From positions 288,001 to 352,000 of the forward strand of contig OZ241993.1 of NCBI GenBank assembly GCA_965204575.1: 64,000 nt of DNA. Direction: 5' to 3'. The DNA is from an uncultured candidatus Porisulfidus sp. GTDB taxonomy: Bacteria; Pseudomonadota; Gammaproteobacteria; Poriferisulfidales; Poriferisulfidaceae. A model generated the notes under the pieces. That model saw only the letters and a list, made by a program, of their open reading frames with translations, had not been told where the DNA came from and ran no database searches. Position numbers and translations under genes: made by a program. This document shows positions 30,565 through 40,840 of this stretch, one piece after another. Numbering within the stretch: the stretch's first letter is position 1; each line of letters starts with the position of its first letter.

Positions 30565-32832
30565 ATGGCTCAAACCTCGCTGTTCGAACTCCAAGAAACG
30601 GATGCCGGCACTCGGCCTCTCGCCACATTCGTGGAGGAAGCCTATCTCAACTACTCCATGTACGTCATCCTGGATCGGGCTCTCCCGCACCTTGCCGATG
30701 GCCTGAAGCCGGTGCAACGGCGTATCGTGTACGCCATGTCGGAGCTGGGCCTGAAAGCCACCAGCAAACCCAAGAAGTCCGCCCGCACCATCGGCGATGT
30801 CATCGGCAAATACCACCCTCACGGCGACCAAGCCTGTTACGAAGCCATGGTCCTGATGGCCCAGGATTTCGCCTACCGTTATCCCCTGGTCGCAGGCCAA
30901 GGCAACTGGGGTTCGGCGGACGATCCCAAGTCCTTCGCCGCCATGCGCTACACGGAAGCGCGCCTGACTCCTTATGCGCAAGCGCTACTGGCGGAACTTG
31001 ATCAGGCCACCGTCGACTGGCAGCCCAATTTCGACGGCACCCTGGAAGAACCCCAACTGCTGCCCGCCCGCCTGCCCAATGTCCTGCTAAATGGTACGAC
31101 CGGCATCGCGGTCGGCCTGTCCACCGACATTCCGCCGCATAACTTGCGCGAGGTCGCCAGCGCCTGCATCCGGCTCTTGGAACGCCCCGGATCCTCCGTG
31201 GCCGAACTGTGCGAGCACGTGAAGGGACCGGACTACCCGACCGGAGGTGAGATTCTCTCTTCGTCCGAGGAATTGCGCGAACTGTACGAGACCGGAACCG
31301 GGACCGTCCGAATCCGGGCCAGCATCGTCAACGAAAAGGAAGGGCTGATCGTCACGGCCTTGCCCTACCAGGTTTCCGGCGCACGCGTCATGACGCAAAT
31401 CGCCCAGCAAATGCGGGACAAGAAACTGCCCATGGTCGAGGATCTGCGCGACGAATCCGACCACGAGACCCCGACTCGGCTGGTGATCGTCCCCCGCAGC
31501 AAGCGGGTGGACCGGGAAGCGCTGCTGCTGCACCTGTTCGCCACAACCGACCTGGAGCGATCGGCACGCGTCAACCTCAACGTCATTGATCTGGATCGCC
31601 GCCCCAGGGTCATGAACTTGCGCAACCTCCTGCGTGCCTGGCTGGAGTTCCGCAAGCAGACCGTCACCCGCCGGCTGCAATACCGACTGGAAGCGGTCAA
31701 CAAGCGGTTGCATCTGTTGGACGGCCTGCTGACCGCGCATGCCAACCTGGACGAAGTCATCAAGATTATCCGGAACGAGGACGAACCCAAACCCGTCCTG
31801 ATGAAAAAATTCAAGCTGAGCCAGGAGCAGGCCGAGGCGATCCTGGAGATCCGTCTGCGGCAATTGGCGAAGCTGGAGCGGGAAAAGCTGGAACAGGAAC
31901 AACAGGACCTGAGCGCCGAGAAGAAAGAAATCGAGAAGATCCTCGGCTCGGCTGCCCGCTTGAAAACCCTGATCAAAAAAGAACTCCAGGAAGACGCGGA
32001 GCGTTACGGCGACGACCGCCGCAGCCAACTCGTGGAGGCCGCGCCGCAGGCGCAAGCCTTGGACCCGTCACAACTCATGCCTGCAGAACCTGTCACCGTC
32101 GTGCTGTCTCGCAGCGGCCTCGTACGTTCCGCCAAGGGCCACGAGATCGATCCCGCCTCGCTGACCTACAAGACCGACGATGCCCTGAAAGCCAGTGTGC
32201 GTACCCGGAGCAACCGGACCGTGCGGTTCCTCGACAGCCACGGCCGGGTGTACACCATGGCCGCCGCACAAATGCCCTCCGCCCGCAATCTTGGCGAGCC
32301 GTTGGCACGACATTTCAACCCCCCTGCAGGGGCACAGTTCATCGGGGTGATGGCCAACGAGGAGAATCCCCACTGGCTGATGGGCACCAGTCTCGGCTAT
32401 GGCTTCCTCGCGCCCTACGACCGCCTGGAGACCCGCAGCAAGGCCGGTCGGGCCACCCTGACCGTACCGGACGGTGCCGTCGTGCTGCAACCCTACCCGG
32501 TGCCGGATCTGGACCAGACCTATGTCGTCGCCGCGACCAGTGCCGGGAACCTGTTGATGGTCAAGGCATCGGAATTACCGACTCTCGGCCGCGGACGCGG
32601 CAACAAGATCATCAACATTGCCGGCCCTCAACTGAAAGATGCTCAAGGCGAGCGAGTCACGCTGCTGGCCGCCCTGACGGAGAAGCAGGCATTGGTGCTC
32701 TACACCCAGGCGGCTCACCGGGTCATGCGTTTCCGGGATCTGTGCGAACACCAGGGCGCACGCGGCGGGCGCGGCACCAAACTGTCCAAGAGCTGGCGGA
32801 ATTTCCAGCGCTTCGAAGTGCGGGATTTATAA
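30565..32832 (+). CDS. parC: DNA topoisomerase IV subunit A
   Basis: [40 protein letters not shown] and AAMRYTE motifs. Confidence 0.97.
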   Translation: MAQTSLFELQETDAGTRPLATFVEEAYLNYSMYVILDRALPHLADGLKPVQRRIVYAMSELGLKATSKPKKSARTIGDVIGKYHPHGDQACYEAMVLMAQDFAYRYPLVAGQGNWGSADDPKSFAAMRYTEARLTPYAQALLAELDQATVDWQPNFDGTLEEPQLLPARLPNVLLNGTTGIAVGLSTDIPPHNLREVASACIRLLERPGSSVAELCEHVKGPDYPTGGEILSSSEELRELYETGTGTVRIRASIVNEKEGLIVTALPYQVSGARVMTQIAQQMRDKKLPMVEDLRDESDHETPTRLVIVPRSKRVDREALLLHLFATTDLERSARVNLNVIDLDRRPRVMNLRNLLRAWLEFRKQTVTRRLQYRLEAVNKRLHLLDGLLTAHANLDEVIKIIRNEDEPKPVLMKKFKLSQEQAEAILEIRLRQLAKLEREKLEQEQQDLSAEKKEIEKILGSAARLKTLIKKELQEDAERYGDDRRSQLVEAAPQAQALDPSQLMPAEPVTVVLSRSGLVRSAKGHEIDPASLTYKTDDALKASVRTRSNRTVRFLDSHGRVYTMAAAQMPSARNLGEPLARHFNPPAGAQFIGVMANEENPHWLMGTSLGYGFLAPYDRLETRSKAGRATLTVPDGAVVLQPYPVPDLDQTYVVAATSAGNLLMVKASELPTLGRGRGNKIINIAGPQLKDAQGERVTLLAALTEKQALVLYTQAAHRVMRFRDLCEHQGARGGRGTKLSKSWRNFQRFEVRDL

Positions 32833-32841
32833 TTCCGAATC

Positions 32842-33735
32842 ATGCGGATCCTTCTCTTCCTCGGCGTCAATTTCGCGATCCTTCTGGTCCTCGGCATCGT
32901 CTTTTCGGTGCTCGGCATCGACGGCCTGCTGGATGCCCAGGGCATGCATCTGGACCTGTACGCACTGCTGGTCTATTCGCTGGTCCTCGGCTTCGCCGGC
33001 TCTTTCATTTCGCTGGCCCTGTCGAAGTGGATCGCCAAGCGGACCATGCGCGTGCGGGTGATCGAACAACCCGCCAACCGTACGGAACAATGGCTCGTCG
33101 ACACGGTCCAGCGCTATTCCGAGGTCTGCCACATCCAACCTCCCGAGTTTGGAATCTTCGACGCTTCGCAGCCGAATGCCTTTGCGACCGGGATGAACAA
33201 AAACAATGCCCTGGTCGCGGTCAGCACCGGCCTGCTGAAACAAATGAGCCAGGACGAAGTGGAAGCGGTGGTCGGCCATGAAATGGCGCACGTCGCCAAC
33301 GGCGACATGGTGACCATGGCCCTGCTTCAGGGCGTGCTCAACACGTTTGTCGTGTTCCTGTCGCGGGTGATCGGATTCCTAGTCGACCGGCTCGTGTTCC
33401 GGGTGCAGCGCGGATTCGGGCCTGGATATTTCATCGTCTCGATCGTCGCCCAAATCCTGCTGTCGATTTTGGCCACCATCGTGGTGATGTGGTTCTCGCG
33501 GCGCCGGGAGTTCCGTGCGGACGCCGGCGGGGCCTACCTAGCCGGACGCGACAAGATGATCTCTGCGCTGCAACGCCTGCGCGAAGTCAGCCAACCCCGG
33601 GACCTCCCGGACACGATGGCGGCTTTTGGTATTTCCGGAGCCCGGCCGGCCTCGCGGATGCGTCAATTATTCCTGTCGCACCCTCCGCTGGAAGAACGGA
33701 TTCGGGCGTTGCAAAACAATGAGGTCCAGCCCTGA
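32842..33735 (+). CDS. htpX: membrane zinc protease HtpX
   Basis: PNAFATG, GHEMAHVANGDMVT, FSRRREFRAD and SHPPLEERI motifs. Confidence 0.96.
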   Translation: MRILLFLGVNFAILLVLGIVFSVLGIDGLLDAQGMHLDLYALLVYSLVLGFAGSFISLALSKWIAKRTMRVRVIEQPANRTEQWLVDTVQRYSEVCHIQPPEFGIFDASQPNAFATGMNKNNALVAVSTGLLKQMSQDEVEAVVGHEMAHVANGDMVTMALLQGVLNTFVVFLSRVIGFLVDRLVFRVQRGFGPGYFIVSIVAQILLSILATIVVMWFSRRREFRADAGGAYLAGRDKMISALQRLREVSQPRDLPDTMAAFGISGARPASRMRQLFLSHPPLEERIRALQNNEVQP

Positions 33736-33819
33736 CCCCGGTCACGGCAAAAAATCCACCTCTATCACACGTCTCAAAACGAACCAAGCATAGACACGTG
33801 TTTTAATGTATGTTACTAT

Positions 33820-33834
33820 TTACGTAAGTCGTAA
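33820..33834 (+). promoter_or_regulatory. palindrome upstream of higBA (candidate HigA operator)
   Basis: TTACG-TAAGT-CGTAA in an AT-rich stretch 20 bp before higB. Confidence 0.4.
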
Positions 33835-33854
33835 CGAATCCATCGCGATGTTCG

Positions 33855-34133
33855 ATGATACAGGGTTTCAAGGATCGAAACACTCAGCGTTTTTTTGAGG
33901 GTTATCGAATTGCGGCATTTCAGGGATTCGCCAGACAGGCCGTACGCCGTCTTGCTTCTCTGAATAATGCAACATCCCTCAGAGACCTTGCGGTATTATC
34001 GGGTAACCGACTGAAAGTTTTGGGAGGAAATCGACGAGGCCAGTACAGCATACGAATCAACGCGCAGTGGCGGATTTGCTTTCGTTGGGAAGACAGGGGA
34101 CCGTGCGAGGTGGAAATTGTCGATTATCATTGA
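33855..34133 (+). CDS. higB: HigB (RelE-like plasmid-killer) toxin
   Basis: MIQGFKD..., GNRL, GQYSIRINAQWRICFRW and EIVDYH motifs. Confidence 0.93.
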   Translation: MIQGFKDRNTQRFFEGYRIAAFQGFARQAVRRLASLNNATSLRDLAVLSGNRLKVLGGNRRGQYSIRINAQWRICFRWEDRGPCEVEIVDYH

Positions 34134-34145
34134 GGAGGAGAAACT

Positions 34146-34451
34146 ATGAGCATAAAAAATGGAATGAGGCCGGTGCATCCAGGCGAGATTCTGTGTGATG
34201 AACTGGAGGAGCTAGGCCTGTCGGCCAGTGCATTGGCGAAAGCGTTGGACATTCCAGTGAACCGGATTACCGCGATCTTGAATAGCCAGAGAGGCGTGAC
34301 GGCTGATACGGCGCTACGTCTTGCGTATTATTTCGGGACCTCTCCGCAGTTCTGGATGAATCTGCAGAAGTCCTACGAGCTTCGCAAAGCCGAAATCAAG
34401 GTAGGCCGACAGATTGAAAAGCGCGTCAAACCCTTGCACCGGGCAGCGTAA
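34146..34451 (+). CDS. higA: HigA antitoxin (Xre HTH)
   Basis: RPVHPGEIL, TADTALRLA and FWMNLQ..YEL motifs. Confidence 0.93.
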   Translation: MSIKNGMRPVHPGEILCDELEELGLSASALAKALDIPVNRITAILNSQRGVTADTALRLAYYFGTSPQFWMNLQKSYELRKAEIKVGRQIEKRVKPLHRAA

Positions 34452-34484
34452 GGACAGCAGGCGGAGAATGCCTCTCCTGCGGAT

Positions 34485-35084
34485 TCAGTACTGAGTCCGC
34501 CCTTCGAAGGCTGTCATCAGGGTGCCGGGATCCAGGTATTCGAGTTCTCCCCCCACCGGCACTCCGCGTGCCAGCCGGGTCACTTTGGCGTTATGGCGTT
34601 GCGCCATTTCGCCCAGCACGTGTGCCGTGACGTCGCTCTCGACCGTCGTGCCGATGGCCAGAATCATCTCTTCTATCGGTTCGGACTGAAGCCGGGCCTC
34701 CAATTGCGACAGGCCGATCTCCTCCGGCCCGATCCCATCCAGCGGGGATAGCCGCCCCATCAGCACGAAATAGCGTCCCCGGTAATCGGTATTGGCTTCC
34801 AACAGCCGTACATCGGCCGGCCCCTCCACGATGCACAACTGGCTCTCGGACCTTGACGCATCCGCGCAAATTGAACACAGTTCGTTTTCCGTGAAGTTCC
34901 GGCAACGTGCGCAGTGCCGAATGTTGTCCAATGCTTCCTTCAACACGGACGCCAGTACGCGACCGCGCGGTCGATTCCGCTCCAGCAGGTTGAAGGCCAT
35001 GCGCTGCGCCGTCTTTACACCGACGCCAGGCAGGCATTGCAAGGCTTCGACCAGTTGATCCAGAAGGCTGTCCGAAGCCGACAT
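34485..35084 (-). CDS. recR: recombination mediator RecR
   Basis: LPGVGVKTAQR, C4 zinc finger, LSPLDGIGP and GVPVGGELEYLD motifs. Confidence 0.97.
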   Translation of the reverse strand: MSASDSLLDQLVEALQCLPGVGVKTAQRMAFNLLERNRPRGRVLASVLKEALDNIRHCARCRNFTENELCSICADASRSESQLCIVEGPADVRLLEANTDYRGRYFVLMGRLSPLDGIGPEEIGLSQLEARLQSEPIEEMILAIGTTVESDVTAHVLGEMAQRHNAKVTRLARGVPVGGELEYLDPGTLMTAFEGRTQY

Positions 35085-36686
35085 TCAGGATTCCGAGTTC
35101 GCGGATGTGACGCCGTTCATCGGGCCGATAACTTGTTGCGCCCCGAGCTCCTCCTGCAGGGCCCGAACCGTCGGAGATTCTTCGATTTCGCGCTGGGCTT
35201 GCTCGGCCCGTTCCTTGCGGGCGTGGGCATCCTTTTGAGCCTTGGTTTCCTGCTTCGGAACACCAGGGCGAACATGCAGGGAAACCTCTCGTTTGAAGTA
35301 TTCGCTTAACGCCTCGCCCAAGGTTTTTTCAACTCCGGACGGGACCGGATACGCTTTGTCGCAAACCAAATGCAGCGCATCGTCTTCCATGCGCTCTATC
35401 TCACAATTTCTTGCAAAGACCCGGGTATTCCCAAAAATCCCGAGCTGTTCGATCAACTCTCCCCATGCAATTTCCTCACCCCATTCGATCGCTTCCGTTG
35501 ATGTGGGGGGTCCTGCTGCGACCGCAGGCGCGCTTTGGGCCTGCGCGGGGGCATCCTCATCCGAAATCGCAGATCTTGAGGGGGGAGGCGCGTCTTCTTG
35601 CCAACCATCCGGCATGAAGCACAAAAGACGCAACAGGGTCATCTCCAGCCCCGTCTGCTCATCGGGCGCATACTGCAGGTCGCGCTTGCCCTGCAACAGT
35701 ATTTGATAAGCCAACTGGAGGTCGGCCGGGCTGTACGCCGCATTGATCGCACGCGCCCAATCTTGCATTTCTTCCGGGACGTCGGCCTTCACACCTTCGG
35801 ATGCCATTGCGCAGGTATGGAACACTCGGGTCAAATCGTCCAGGATGTCCTGGAATGAAGGGGACAGTTCCCGCAGACCCGCGACCGCCTGCATCACCGC
35901 TTCCGGTTCGCGGCCTGCAAGCGCCATCACCAGCGCTCCAAAGTTCTCGCGTGGCAACAGCCCCAGCATCCGGCCCACTTCGGACTGGGTCAGGCCGTCG
36001 GCACAATAATTGATGGCCTGATCCAAAAGACTCAATCCATCCCGCATGCTGCCGTCCGCCGCACGCGCCAACTGAATCACCGCGTCCGGCTCGGATTCCA
36101 ATTTTTCATGCTCGAGAATCTTGGTCAGTTGTTCTCCGATCTGGGGCTCGTTCAGGCGCTTCAGATGAAACTGAAGGCACCGGGACAACACCGTGGCTGG
36201 AAGTTTCTGCGGATCGGTCGTGGCAAAAAGAAACTTGAGGTGCTCGGGGGGTTCTTCCAGGGTCTTGAGCAAAGCATTGAAGCTGTGCGTCGACAGCATA
36301 TGCACTTCGTCAATCAGGTACACCTTGAAACGGCCCTGCGTAGGGACGTAAGAGGAATCCGAAAGCAGTTCGCGCATTTCCTCCACGCGGGTGCGGGAGG
36401 CCGCATCGATCTCCAAGAGATCCGGGAATTTCCCTTCGTCGATGCCGCGGCAGGCTTCGCACACGCCGCAGGGTTCCGCGCTGACTCCCTGCTCGCAGTT
36501 CAGGCACTTGGCGACGATGCGCGCCAGGGTGGTCTTGCCGACGCCCCGGGTTCCCGTGAACAGGTACGCGTGATGCAACCGGTTGTTTTCGAACGCCTTG
36601 GTCAGAACCTGAAGTACATGCTGCTGGCCGACCACTTCGGCAAACGTGCGGGGCCGCCACCTGCGGGCCAGGACTTCATACGCCAT
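35085..36686 (-). CDS. dnaX: DNA polymerase III subunit gamma/tau
   Basis: LARRWRP, GTRGVGKTT, IDEVHMLS, LKTLEEPP and SRC motifs. Confidence 0.97.
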   Translation of the reverse strand: MAYEVLARRWRPRTFAEVVGQQHVLQVLTKAFENNRLHHAYLFTGTRGVGKTTLARIVAKCLNCEQGVSAEPCGVCEACRGIDEGKFPDLLEIDAASRTRVEEMRELLSDSSYVPTQGRFKVYLIDEVHMLSTHSFNALLKTLEEPPEHLKFLFATTDPQKLPATVLSRCLQFHLKRLNEPQIGEQLTKILEHEKLESEPDAVIQLARAADGSMRDGLSLLDQAINYCADGLTQSEVGRMLGLLPRENFGALVMALAGREPEAVMQAVAGLRELSPSFQDILDDLTRVFHTCAMASEGVKADVPEEMQDWARAINAAYSPADLQLAYQILLQGKRDLQYAPDEQTGLEMTLLRLLCFMPDGWQEDAPPPSRSAISDEDAPAQAQSAPAVAAGPPTSTEAIEWGEEIAWGELIEQLGIFGNTRVFARNCEIERMEDDALHLVCDKAYPVPSGVEKTLGEALSEYFKREVSLHVRPGVPKQETKAQKDAHARKERAEQAQREIEESPTVRALQEELGAQQVIGPMNGVTSANSES

Positions 36687-36795
36687 GAGGGTCGATGAGG
36701 AGGATAAAACCGGTTCCGATTCGTCTGCAACTCATTATAGTGTCCCGCCGGATTCATTCACCCGACCCGGTTCCAAGCGCGTACAATCTCCTCTG

Positions 36796-38019
36796 ATGCA
36801 CGGCATTTCCCGCAATCTCGCCCAATTCGGGCAACAACTGGCACAGGTCTTTCTGGTCGGCATGACTCTCGGCATGGTGCGCACGGTCGTGCCGGCACTG
36901 GCGGAAAGCGAATTCTCCGTGGAGCGCGGCTCCTACCTCCTGTTGACCGTCTTCGTCGTCGCGTTCGGATTCGTCAAGGGCACCATGAATTTCGTCGCCG
37001 GACGGACGGCAGACCGGTTCGGCCGGAAGCCCGTGCTGTTGACAGGCTGGCTGTTCGCCCTGCCCGCTCCCTGGTTGATCCTGTATGCCACGAGTTGGAA
37101 CGAGGTGGTGCTGGCCACGCTGCTGTTGGGCATCAATCAGGGCCTGTGCTGGTCGGCCACCCAAACCAGCAAACTGGACTTGGCGCATTCCCAGGAACGG
37201 GGTTTTGCGGTCGGGCTGGACGAGTTCTCCGGCTATATGGGAGTGGCGGTCGCCGGAGTCATGACCGGCTACCTTGCAAGCGCCATGGATGCCCGAGAAG
37301 CATTGTGGGGATTCGGCCTCATCTGCATCATGCTGGCCTTAGGGCTTTTGCTTGGATTCGTGCGCGAAACCCTCCCTTGGGCACACCGTGAACAACAGGC
37401 GACCGAGACCCCGGCTGAAGCGATCCCCGCCACCACATGGGAAGCCTTTGCCAAGGTCTCCTGGCGGGACCGGCGCATGTTTGCGGTCAGCCAGGCCGGG
37501 CTGGTCGAGAAATTCGTGGATACCCTGGTCTGGATCTTTTATCCCGTCTATCTGTACACTCACGGTTTCAGCCTTCCCGACATCGGCTGGATCGTGGGCA
37601 TCTACGGAACGGTCTGGGGGGCCAGCCAGTTCCTGACCGGCCGACTGTCCGACCGGATCGGCCGCTTGATCCCCTGCGTGGCCGGCATGTGGCTGTGCGG
37701 AATCGGGGTCCTGGGTTCGCTGTGGAGCCTGCAATTCGAAACCTGGGCGATCAGCGCCGCCGTCACGGGGTTCGGCATGGCCCTGCTGTATCCCAATCTC
37801 AGTGCCGCGATCAGCGACCTCGCGACTCCCGCATGGCGGGGTTCCGCCATTGGAGCATACCGTTTCTGGCGCGACCTCGGCTATGGCATCGGGGCGCTTG
37901 GGCTGGGCATCCTGGCGAACCTCGCCGGATACTTGGAGGCGGGGTTTTACGGGGTGGCGATCAGCATGTTTGCTTCCGGGGCGGTGCTGGCCTGGCTCGG
38001 CCCGAGACGACCTCGCTAA
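36796..38019 (+). CDS. MFS transporter
   Basis: About 12 hydrophobic segments; motif A twice (GRTADRFGRK, GRLSDRIGR); YRFWRDLGY. Confidence 0.88.
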   Translation: MHGISRNLAQFGQQLAQVFLVGMTLGMVRTVVPALAESEFSVERGSYLLLTVFVVAFGFVKGTMNFVAGRTADRFGRKPVLLTGWLFALPAPWLILYATSWNEVVLATLLLGINQGLCWSATQTSKLDLAHSQERGFAVGLDEFSGYMGVAVAGVMTGYLASAMDAREALWGFGLICIMLALGLLLGFVRETLPWAHREQQATETPAEAIPATTWEAFAKVSWRDRRMFAVSQAGLVEKFVDTLVWIFYPVYLYTHGFSLPDIGWIVGIYGTVWGASQFLTGRLSDRIGRLIPCVAGMWLCGIGVLGSLWSLQFETWAISAAVTGFGMALLYPNLSAAISDLATPAWRGSAIGAYRFWRDLGYGIGALGLGILANLAGYLEAGFYGVAISMFASGAVLAWLGPRRPR

Positions 38020-38059
38020 ATTCCTGAAGAACGACCATCGCCTTGTTCCAGCATAGGGG

Positions 38060-38123
38060 TGACTTTTTCCTTATGTATCGTAGAACGGTCATGACTTTTT
38101 TACGATGAAGTAGATTTTGGTCA
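38060..38123. repeat. two 32-bp imperfect direct repeats bounded by TGAC...GTCA
   Basis: tgactttttccttatgtatcgtagaacggtca / tgacttttttacgatgaagtagattttggtca. Confidence 0.6.
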
Positions 38124-38227
38124 TGCGCCGACGCTTGCTCGGCGACTTAACCACCCGGGGACAGGACCGCCAACAAATGATCTCTCTCAGGTCCGAATCG
38201 AAAGGCAAGGCTGTTATCCATATTCGC

Positions 38228-38557
38228 TCACGACCCTCCTTTCCATGGCATACCCGGCAGTAATGCTACCAGTTGTTCCGAAACGTGCCGGGCCGCCTGA
38301 TCAATATCCCAATAGCAATCGTGAGAAAGCAAGGGTTCGATATCAGCGCGAAATCGGGGGTCGCGCAGCTTGCTCGCAAGATTTCGTTCAAACAAGGCGC
38401 GGGTCACGTGGTCACCATTTTTCTCCATGTACGCCATAAAAGCTGTAACCACGTGAAAGGTGTCCACCTTCGCGCTCCCCAATGCACGCGCCAGGTCAAA
38501 CAGGTCTCGCCCTTTCTTCCGCTGGTAACATGCAGTGATATGGTCTCGGGGAATCAC
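38228..38557 (-). pseudogene. abiEii: AbiEii nucleotidyltransferase toxin with a large internal in-frame deletion
   Basis: N-terminal MIPRDHITA is joined directly to the C-terminal YQRKKGRDLFDL motif; only 109 aa; GTGA-coupled to abiEi. Confidence 0.78.
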
Positions 38558-39363
38558 AGATCCGCCTCAATTTCCGCATTGACATAGAGCCGCCAATCCC
38601 GCGCGCGAAGCGTCCGCCCCTTGGGAAGGCCCGGAACAAGCAGCACAGTGCCTTGTGCATGTTGCTTGACATGGGTTTTAAGGGACGACGCCTTGTCCCC
38701 TGAGTCAACGACCTCTAGCAAATAGCCTAATCGTTGCGCCCAAGTAACGGGAGCGGCCAGCGCGGCTGAGACGAGAAGATCCGGAGCAATGTCGTCGGCA
38801 AGTTCGCCGATAATCGTGACCACATGATCCAGCCCGCCGACGCGATGCGCATAGCCGACCAAATCAAGCGCAGTCGCTTCGACGCTTGAGATCAAGAGCG
38901 TCCCCCGAGGAGTATTAACCTCCTGAACCGGCACTTCGGAGATATTCCCACGAGCGATGAAAGCGACCCTTACGGCCCCGCAAGAGATGGGTCGACGATT
39001 CTTGGCAAGAGCGACCTGGAACACCTGTGGCCGCTGGTGAGCCGCACCATAATATTCGGCGGCAGATAAAAGAGCCGTGTAGTACGGCTGCTTCGATTTT
39101 TCCATGAGAGCCGGCACAAACTGGTCTGGCGGCAAACATCCCAAGCGCCGGTATTCGGGCGGCACAATGACGTAGAAGCCGCGGGCAGGGCTTGCAACCA
39201 AGCCTTTTTTCGCCAGACGGGCAAGTGCGAGCCGTGTTGCAGCAGGAGAGGCCCTGAGCGCTGAACCCATTTGGCCTGTAGTGAAATGGTATTGCCCGCT
39301 CGCGGCTAATTCGTCTATGACTGCAGTAGCTCTGGGTCGAGAAGGAGTGTTTTTCATAGTCAT
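38554..39363 (-). CDS. abiEi: AbiEi type IV antitoxin (wHTH plus C-terminal domain)
   Basis: RGFYVIVPPEY, YYTALLSAAEYYGAAHQRPQVFQV, SVEATALDL and QRLGYLL motifs. Confidence 0.88.
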   Translation of the reverse strand: MTMKNTPSRPRATAVIDELAASGQYHFTTGQMGSALRASPAATRLALARLAKKGLVASPARGFYVIVPPEYRRLGCLPPDQFVPALMEKSKQPYYTALLSAAEYYGAAHQRPQVFQVALAKNRRPISCGAVRVAFIARGNISEVPVQEVNTPRGTLLISSVEATALDLVGYAHRVGGLDHVVTIIGELADDIAPDLLVSAALAAPVTWAQRLGYLLEVVDSGDKASSLKTHVKQHAQGTVLLVPGLPKGRTLRARDWRLYVNAEIEADL

Positions 39364-39421
39364 ATAGTATCACTATTAGATGCTTTAAGAAAGTTATAAA
39401 TATTTCTACAGAAATTACAGG

Positions 39422-39450
39422 TTGACTTCAAGGCTTATTCAGACTAGGCT
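39422..39450 (+). promoter_or_regulatory. sigma70 promoter of phd-vapC
   Basis: TTGACT, 17 bp, TAGGCT; AGGAGG SD before GTG 39493. Confidence 0.5.
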
Positions 39451-39492
39451 GATACTGGTTGAAACGTTTGATGCTTTCAGGAGGAAAATTCC

Positions 39493-39735
39493 GTGGCGGA
39501 GATTGGCGCATTCGAAGCGAAGACTCATCTACCACAACTGCTCCAACGCGTGAAAGCAGGTGAACGGTTCATCATCACTAGGCACGGTCGTCCGGTGGCC
39601 GAACTGGTCCCGTTCCAGTCACAGGATTCCGGAAAAGTGCGATCCGCGATCGACGCCTTGAAGGAATTTCAGAAAACGCACAGCCTCGATGGACTTTCTG
39701 TGCGGACAATCGTCGAGAAAGCGCGCAAGTATTGA
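39493..39735 (+). CDS. Phd/YefM-family antitoxin
   Basis: IGAFEAKTHLPQLLQRV..GE..IITRHGRPVAELVP motif. Confidence 0.92.
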   Translation: MAEIGAFEAKTHLPQLLQRVKAGERFIITRHGRPVAELVPFQSQDSGKVRSAIDALKEFQKTHSLDGLSVRTIVEKARKY

Positions 39736-40151
39736 TGACTTTTGTCCTTGATTGCTCGGTGGCCATAGCATGGGTCTTCCCCGACGAAGCCTCCGAGGCG
39801 ACTGATCGGCTACGCGATTCACTTGTCGACGGTCGTGCATTCGTTCCGCCCCTTTGGCCCGTCGAGGTTGGCAGTGTGTTGCTCGTCGCAGCCCAGCGTG
39901 GTCGCATCAGTAGCGGCGAGTGGCCGCACATTTGCTCCAACCTGGATGCTCTGCCCATCGAAATCGAACCGATATCTACATCACGCGTGTGGGGAGCCAC
40001 CCTGGGTCTCGCTCATCAGCATGGGCTCTCGGTCTACGATGCTGCCTACCTTGAACTCGCGTCGCGCATGCGGCTACCGCTCGCCACATTGGATCGGGCG
40101 CTCGCCGCTGCGGCACGGGCGACCGGAGTCGATACACCCGTAACCCTGTAA
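39732..40151 (+). CDS. vapC: VapC PIN-domain toxin
   Basis: FVLDCSVAIAW, LWPVEV, LSVYDAAYLELA and LATLDRAL motifs. Confidence 0.92.
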   Translation: MMTFVLDCSVAIAWVFPDEASEATDRLRDSLVDGRAFVPPLWPVEVGSVLLVAAQRGRISSGEWPHICSNLDALPIEIEPISTSRVWGATLGLAHQHGLSVYDAAYLELASRMRLPLATLDRALAAAARATGVDTPVTL

Positions 40152-40273
40152 CGCCTTCATGCGAACCCACTGAATGGAGAACCATCTTCCAGCGTGCTGC
40201 ATGATTCCACGAAATATCATAAAATCTTCCATGCGAATGGCCCGAAGCGTTGTGCAGAGGAGGTAATGAGACG

Positions 40274-40495
40274 ATGGCACTGGCCAACTGTTCTGCCGTT
40301 GAGCAGGACCCCGGAAAAGTGAGCGGAACCTTGGTTTTCCGGGGTACACGCGTTCCTGTTTCTACTCTGTTCGAAAACCTCCGAGACGGGGCTACGCTTG
40401 AACAATTCCTGGATTGGTTTCCAGGTGTCGAGCGGTGGCAGGTAGAGAGCATTCTTGATCACGAAAGTCAGGAGTTGAGGGATACGGCTTCTTGA
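40274..40495 (+). CDS. DUF433 antitoxin-like protein
   Basis: DPGKVSGTLVFRGTRVPV..LFENL..GATLEQFLDWFP motif. Confidence 0.88.
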   Translation: MALANCSAVEQDPGKVSGTLVFRGTRVPVSTLFENLRDGATLEQFLDWFPGVERWQVESILDHESQELRDTAS

Positions 40496-40811
40496 AGATA
40501 TTGTTCGATCAGGGTGTGCCCGTCCCCTTGCGCCGACATATGCTTGGGCATCTGGTGGATACCGCATATGAACGAGGATGGTCGAAGCTTCGCAACGGTG
40601 CATTACTTGACCGCGCGGAGGCGGAGGGTTATGAACTTAGGGTGACCACCGATCAAAATCTTCGCCATCAGCAAAACCTCGACGACCGAAAATTGGCAAT
40701 CGTAGTGTTGCTGGCTGCATCGTGGCCGCATCTACGGCGACATGCCGATGAGATTTGACCGCAATTGAACAGGCGGAGGTAGGCGCGTACATTGAAGTCG
40801 AGGCTGGATAA
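40492..40811 (+). pseudogene. DUF5615/Mut7-C-like PIN toxin, probably frameshifted near its C-terminus
   Basis: MKILFDQGVP..., WSKLRNGALL and TTDQNLRHQQNL motifs; stop at 40756-40758, while the -1 frame continues LTAIEQAEVGAYIEVEAG to TAA 40811. Confidence 0.65.
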
Positions 40812-40840
40812 CAGCACTGTAAAAAGAGGTTTTCGGACCT

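Noticed and set aside
35085-36686. Programmed -1 frameshift producing the gamma subunit in dnaX
   Set aside because: No A AAA AAG slippery site seen after domain III; the only A6 run noticed (near 35325) is followed by C and lies in the C-terminal domain
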